Source of the DNA: Parcubacteria group bacterium
GTDB lineage: Bacteria; Patescibacteriota; Minisyncoccia; Moranbacterales; UBA2206
Assembly: GCA_041671525.1 (NCBI GenBank)
Contig: JBAZBJ010000001.1
Coordinates: 9,638-73,637, forward strand
Direction: 5' to 3'
Length of the DNA stretch: 64,000 bases
The notes under the pieces were generated by a model. The model was given only the letters and a program-made list of their open reading frames with translations. It made no database searches and had not been told where the DNA came from. Of the stretch, positions 61,414 through 64,000 are shown in pieces (the stretch's first letter is position 1; each line of letters opens with the position of its first letter). The translations under genes and the position numbers were made by a program.

Positions 61414-63513
61414 ATGACACCAGAAACACAAAAATTTCAGGAAAAAGTTGTCGACAGGGCAACAACCCCAATAGCAGAAACGGAACATTCCGTTGCTTAT
61501 TTGGGCGTCGAACTTCCAAAAGGAAAGGGTGGCGATTTTTGTCCGAAACGGGAAAACTATCAGGGTTATATCAATGAAGAGTTTTCGCTGGAACTGCAGA
61601 GAAAAATAGCTACATCCTGGAAACTTGACCAGCCTATTTTGATTGAGGGAGGAACCAGCATCGGAAAAACCACTACTGTGAGAAAAATGTGCGCAGAACT
61701 CGGCTATGAAGTTTATTACAAGAACCTTAACGGAACAACGGATGTCGAAGATCTGATGGGAAGGTATGTGCCGAATCCTGACAGGAAAACTGCCAATGAT
61801 CCCGAATACAAATGGGCTGACGGACCTGTTACTCAGGGACTCCGACAGGACAGTGAAAAAATAAAAGTGATAATTTTGGATGAATATAACTCTGCCAATC
61901 CGAACATTGTCATTCGTTTGCATGAAGTGCTGGACGAATTGGAAAAGAACGGAGAGGTTGTGCTTGCCGAGGATGCATCGGAAAGAGTCAAAGTTGGCAA
62001 AACAAGAACCAAAGTTATCGCACTTACGAATCCTCCAGGAAAGGGATATCTCGACCGACAACCTCTTGATCCTGCTCAGCTTCGTCGTTGGAATTATCAA
62101 AAGGAAGTGTCTGAATTGCCGAAGGACACCTTTTCAGGATCGGTTGATATCATGTTTCATCTGAAGCCTGAAACAAAAGAAATGGCGGAGGAAAAGTTTT
62201 TGCTTTCAAGCGATGTTGAAATTCCAATCGGTGAGCTTCGGGAAGTTCCTGGCATGAAAGAATTGGTTGAAAAATACAAGGAATTCCATCATGCTGCAAA
62301 AGAACTTTTGAAGAACAGGAAGATTGGTCAGGATCAGCCGCAGGCTTTCATGTACGATGACCGCATGGAACCGCAGAGAGTGCTGAAATTCATTCAGAAT
62401 TTTTATCGCGGCGATATCAATGAAGTGTGGAAAGAAGCTCTCAGATATTTCTATGTGAACAAACTCGAAGATGATACCGACAAGCAGAAATTGCTTGAGC
62501 TTATCAATGCAATCGAATATGCCCAGCCAGCAGAATCAAGGCGCAAGGGACTGGAACGTGAAGGTGCGGGCGCCGAAGCAATGGCAAAAGCTGAGACTCC
62601 TGAAGAAAAGGAAAGACTTCGAACGCTTGCGGAAATCGAACGTGTCAGAAAAAGAATAGAGGAAAGCGGAAAAGTGCCGGACGGATTTTTTGAGGAAAAA
62701 AGAGAAGGACTAAGCGGAGCCTTGGCTGAACAGATTAAAAATGCCAAAGAAATTCTGGGCAAAAAAGATGTTTTGGGGATAGAAGAAATCGAAAATACAT
62801 TCGGAATAAAAGTGCGGGCGGAAGACGTGCCAAACATTCCTTTCTCCAAAGAAGAATTGGAAAAAGCCAAGGAACTTGGACAATTCCTGATTCTTCGCGT
62901 AGGGGAGGGATCAGACGGCAAGAAATTGACCATGGAAAACATGCATGGAATTCTGTCGGATGAATTCAAAAAAGAAGGTCTTGGTAAGATTCTGCATGAA
63001 ATTTCCTGGTATAAAGATGAGGATTTCTTCAAAAAAGAAACGCCTAAACTTTCCTGGTCTTTGGTAAGCAAGGAAGTCGTTCCGGATTCGACAAACAAAA
63101 ATTATCTGCAGCAAACCGAACGCATGATTGATTATGTTCAAGATTCGGTTTTCAAGGGAAAGACCATGCCGAAAGAATACCAAGATGCTCTTCGTGAATT
63201 TGCCGAGAAGAAATCCACAATACAAAAAATGATGAGCGATGACTGGCAGAAGGCTGCCGAGATGCTGGCGGAACTTTCCATAAACAAACTAACAAGGCAA
63301 TCACCTTCTGAATTCATTTATGATATGATCGCTTATTTGAAGAGCAACAAAGAAAGATTAATGGAAAATATGTATACCTGGACCATGCGCCGGTACTCTG
63401 GCGGCGAGCTTGTGCTTGTTGGCGGCTTCGATTCCGACGGTGCGGGTGTCAGGGGCCGCAGGCCTGGCCATTCCCGCGTCTATCTCGGCGTGTCTTTCTC
63501 CCGCAGTCTTTGA
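61414..63513 (+). CDS. AAA_5/MoxR-CobS-type ATPase fused to DGR-variable C-terminal domain (DGR target 2)
   Basis: Walker A ILIEGGTSIGKTTTV, Walker B VIILDEYNSANPNI, LTNPPGKGY...LDPAQLRRW; C-terminal domain paralogous to 59842..60939; last 126 nt = VR2. Confidence 0.8.
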   Translation: MTPETQKFQEKVVDRATTPIAETEHSVAYLGVELPKGKGGDFCPKRENYQGYINEEFSLELQRKIATSWKLDQPILIEGGTSIGKTTTVRKMCAELGYEVYYKNLNGTTDVEDLMGRYVPNPDRKTANDPEYKWADGPVTQGLRQDSEKIKVIILDEYNSANPNIVIRLHEVLDELEKNGEVVLAEDASERVKVGKTRTKVIALTNPPGKGYLDRQPLDPAQLRRWNYQKEVSELPKDTFSGSVDIMFHLKPETKEMAEEKFLLSSDVEIPIGELREVPGMKELVEKYKEFHHAAKELLKNRKIGQDQPQAFMYDDRMEPQRVLKFIQNFYRGDINEVWKEALRYFYVNKLEDDTDKQKLLELINAIEYAQPAESRRKGLEREGAGAEAMAKAETPEEKERLRTLAEIERVRKRIEESGKVPDGFFEEKREGLSGALAEQIKNAKEILGKKDVLGIEEIENTFGIKVRAEDVPNIPFSKEELEKAKELGQFLILRVGEGSDGKKLTMENMHGILSDEFKKEGLGKILHEISWYKDEDFFKKETPKLSWSLVSKEVVPDSTNKNYLQQTERMIDYVQDSVFKGKTMPKEYQDALREFAEKKSTIQKMMSDDWQKAAEMLAELSINKLTRQSPSEFIYDMIAYLKSNKERLMENMYTWTMRRYSGGELVLVGGFDSDGAGVRGRRPGHSRVYLGVSFSRSL
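63387..63512 (+). repeat. DGR variable repeat VR2
   Basis: 126 nt aligned without gaps to TR; 20 mismatches, 19 at TR adenines, 1 at a T (TR 63877). Confidence 0.9.
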
Positions 63514-63549
63514 AAATTTGAGATTTGAATTTTGAATATTTGAAAAGAA

Positions 63550-63566
63550 TTTTTGCGAAGCAAAAA
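63550..63566 (+). promoter_or_regulatory. hairpin 37 nt downstream of VR2 (tttttgc-gaa-gcaaaaa)
   Basis: Same sequence and offset as after VR1. Confidence 0.6.
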
Positions 63567-63810
63567 TTAGTTCATGGAGATGATAGATTTTGGATGGCTG
63601 TGAATCTTTTGTATCTTTATTTCATACAAAGTATCCATGGCTAATGTAGGTATGTTTACGGATATGCCTCGCCAAGTTCTAAAGACTGCTTATATTCCTC
63701 CAGTACAGATAGCCGAAAGGTGAGTCTGTCGCGTTTTCATACAAATGAGACCCGCTTTCCTCGCGGAAGCGCGAATCGTTGCTGCCAAAGAAGGAGGAAT
63801 ATAAAAAGGG

Positions 63811-63936
63811 ACGCCGGAACTCTGACGGCAAGCTTGTGCTTGTTGGCAACTTCGATTCCGACGGTGCGAATGTCAATAGCAACAGGCCTGACAATTCCAA
63901 CGACAATCTCGGCGTGTCTTTCTCCCGAAGTCTTTG
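63811..63936 (+). mobile_element. DGR template repeat (TR), non-coding copy of the target 3' end
   Basis: No start codon (in-frame TGA at 63746-63748, no ATG after it); AAC/AAT-rich (would read NVNSNRPDNSNDN); 28 of 126 positions are A by my count; donor of all VR differences. Confidence 0.9.
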
Positions 63937-63966
63937 CCCCGTCTTAACTGGCGGGGTTTTCCTTTT
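63937..63966 (+). other. hairpin plus T-run directly after TR (ccccgtc-ttaact-ggcgggg tttt)
   Basis: 7-bp stem with one G-U pair; could be a terminator or part of the DGR RNA. Confidence 0.4.
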
Positions 63967-64000
63967 CCGGCTTGAGACTCTTGATCCAGCCGCCAAGCAT

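Noticed and set aside
61303-63098. 265-aa and 215-aa minus-strand ORFs (61303..62100, 62451..63098)
   Set aside because: Both lie antisense inside the AAA-ATPase/DGR-target gene, which has clear Walker motifs; the translations are Ser/Phe-rich low complexity.
63679-63996. 105-aa minus-strand ORF at the window end
   Set aside because: It is the antisense reading of the DGR template repeat and its flanks, with no motifs. It is not a candidate for the missing RT.
1-64000. Scan for tRNA, rRNA and CRISPR arrays
   Set aside because: No T-arm-like GGTTCGAAT-type motifs with cloverleaf context were found. No rRNA-like stretches were found, and no regularly spaced direct repeats; the only tandem repeat is the 7-mer in trmD, which has no spacers.

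Overview
The window looks like a small-genome, Patescibacteria/CPR-like bacterial chromosome; this is my inference from gene content, and no database was searched. I found no rRNA, tRNA or CRISPR array.

Layout:
- (1) nt 1-25.8 kb is a conserved core. It carries a metallophosphoesterase, AI-2E permease, PAP2 phosphatase, ABC exporter, lytic-transglycosylase-like protein, class A PBP, KH protein, trmD, ftsW-murG-murC, P-type ATPase, murB, hpf and secA. It is interrupted by an IS200-like Y1 transposase (RAYT) with REPIN-like palindromes.
- (2) 25.9-34.2 kb is a phage-derived block: a replication-like protein, a C5-methyltransferase with a 1-kb embedded +1-frame ORF, a KH paralog, a ParB-methyltransferase and small/large terminase. 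No integrase or structural genes are present.
- (3) 34.6-38.9 kb holds an OmpR-type two-component system co-oriented with a fused terpene-synthase-like protein (class II DxDD toroid plus class I DDxxD/NDxxHxxxE domain).
- (4) 39.1-51.8 kb is a visibly AT-richer defence island. It holds Type III R-M (mod/res), a HARE-HTH/PD-(D/E)xK protein, a 6-TM HerA-like ATPase, a DUF2779-like dual nuclease, a Zn-ribbon-DUF4145 protein, and an ABC-3C-type triad (HNH effector, 73-aa middle component, DUF2326-like ATPase).
- (5) 52.5-57.3 kb holds accessory enzymes: S51 peptidase, HAD, HExxH protein, GNAT, APH-like kinase.
- (6) 57.6-64.0 kb holds a vWA/metallopeptidase-like protein and an AAA(MoxR/AAA_5)-type ATPase embedded in a diversity-generating retroelement (DGR).

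The strongest signal is the DGR. A 126-nt template repeat (63811-63936) matches the 3' ends of two paralogous genes. 10/10 and 19/20 mismatches fall on template adenines. The reverse transcriptase is not in the window.

Blocks 3-6 are separated by a recurring degenerate direct repeat (about 55-105 nt), a candidate recombination or accretion scar.
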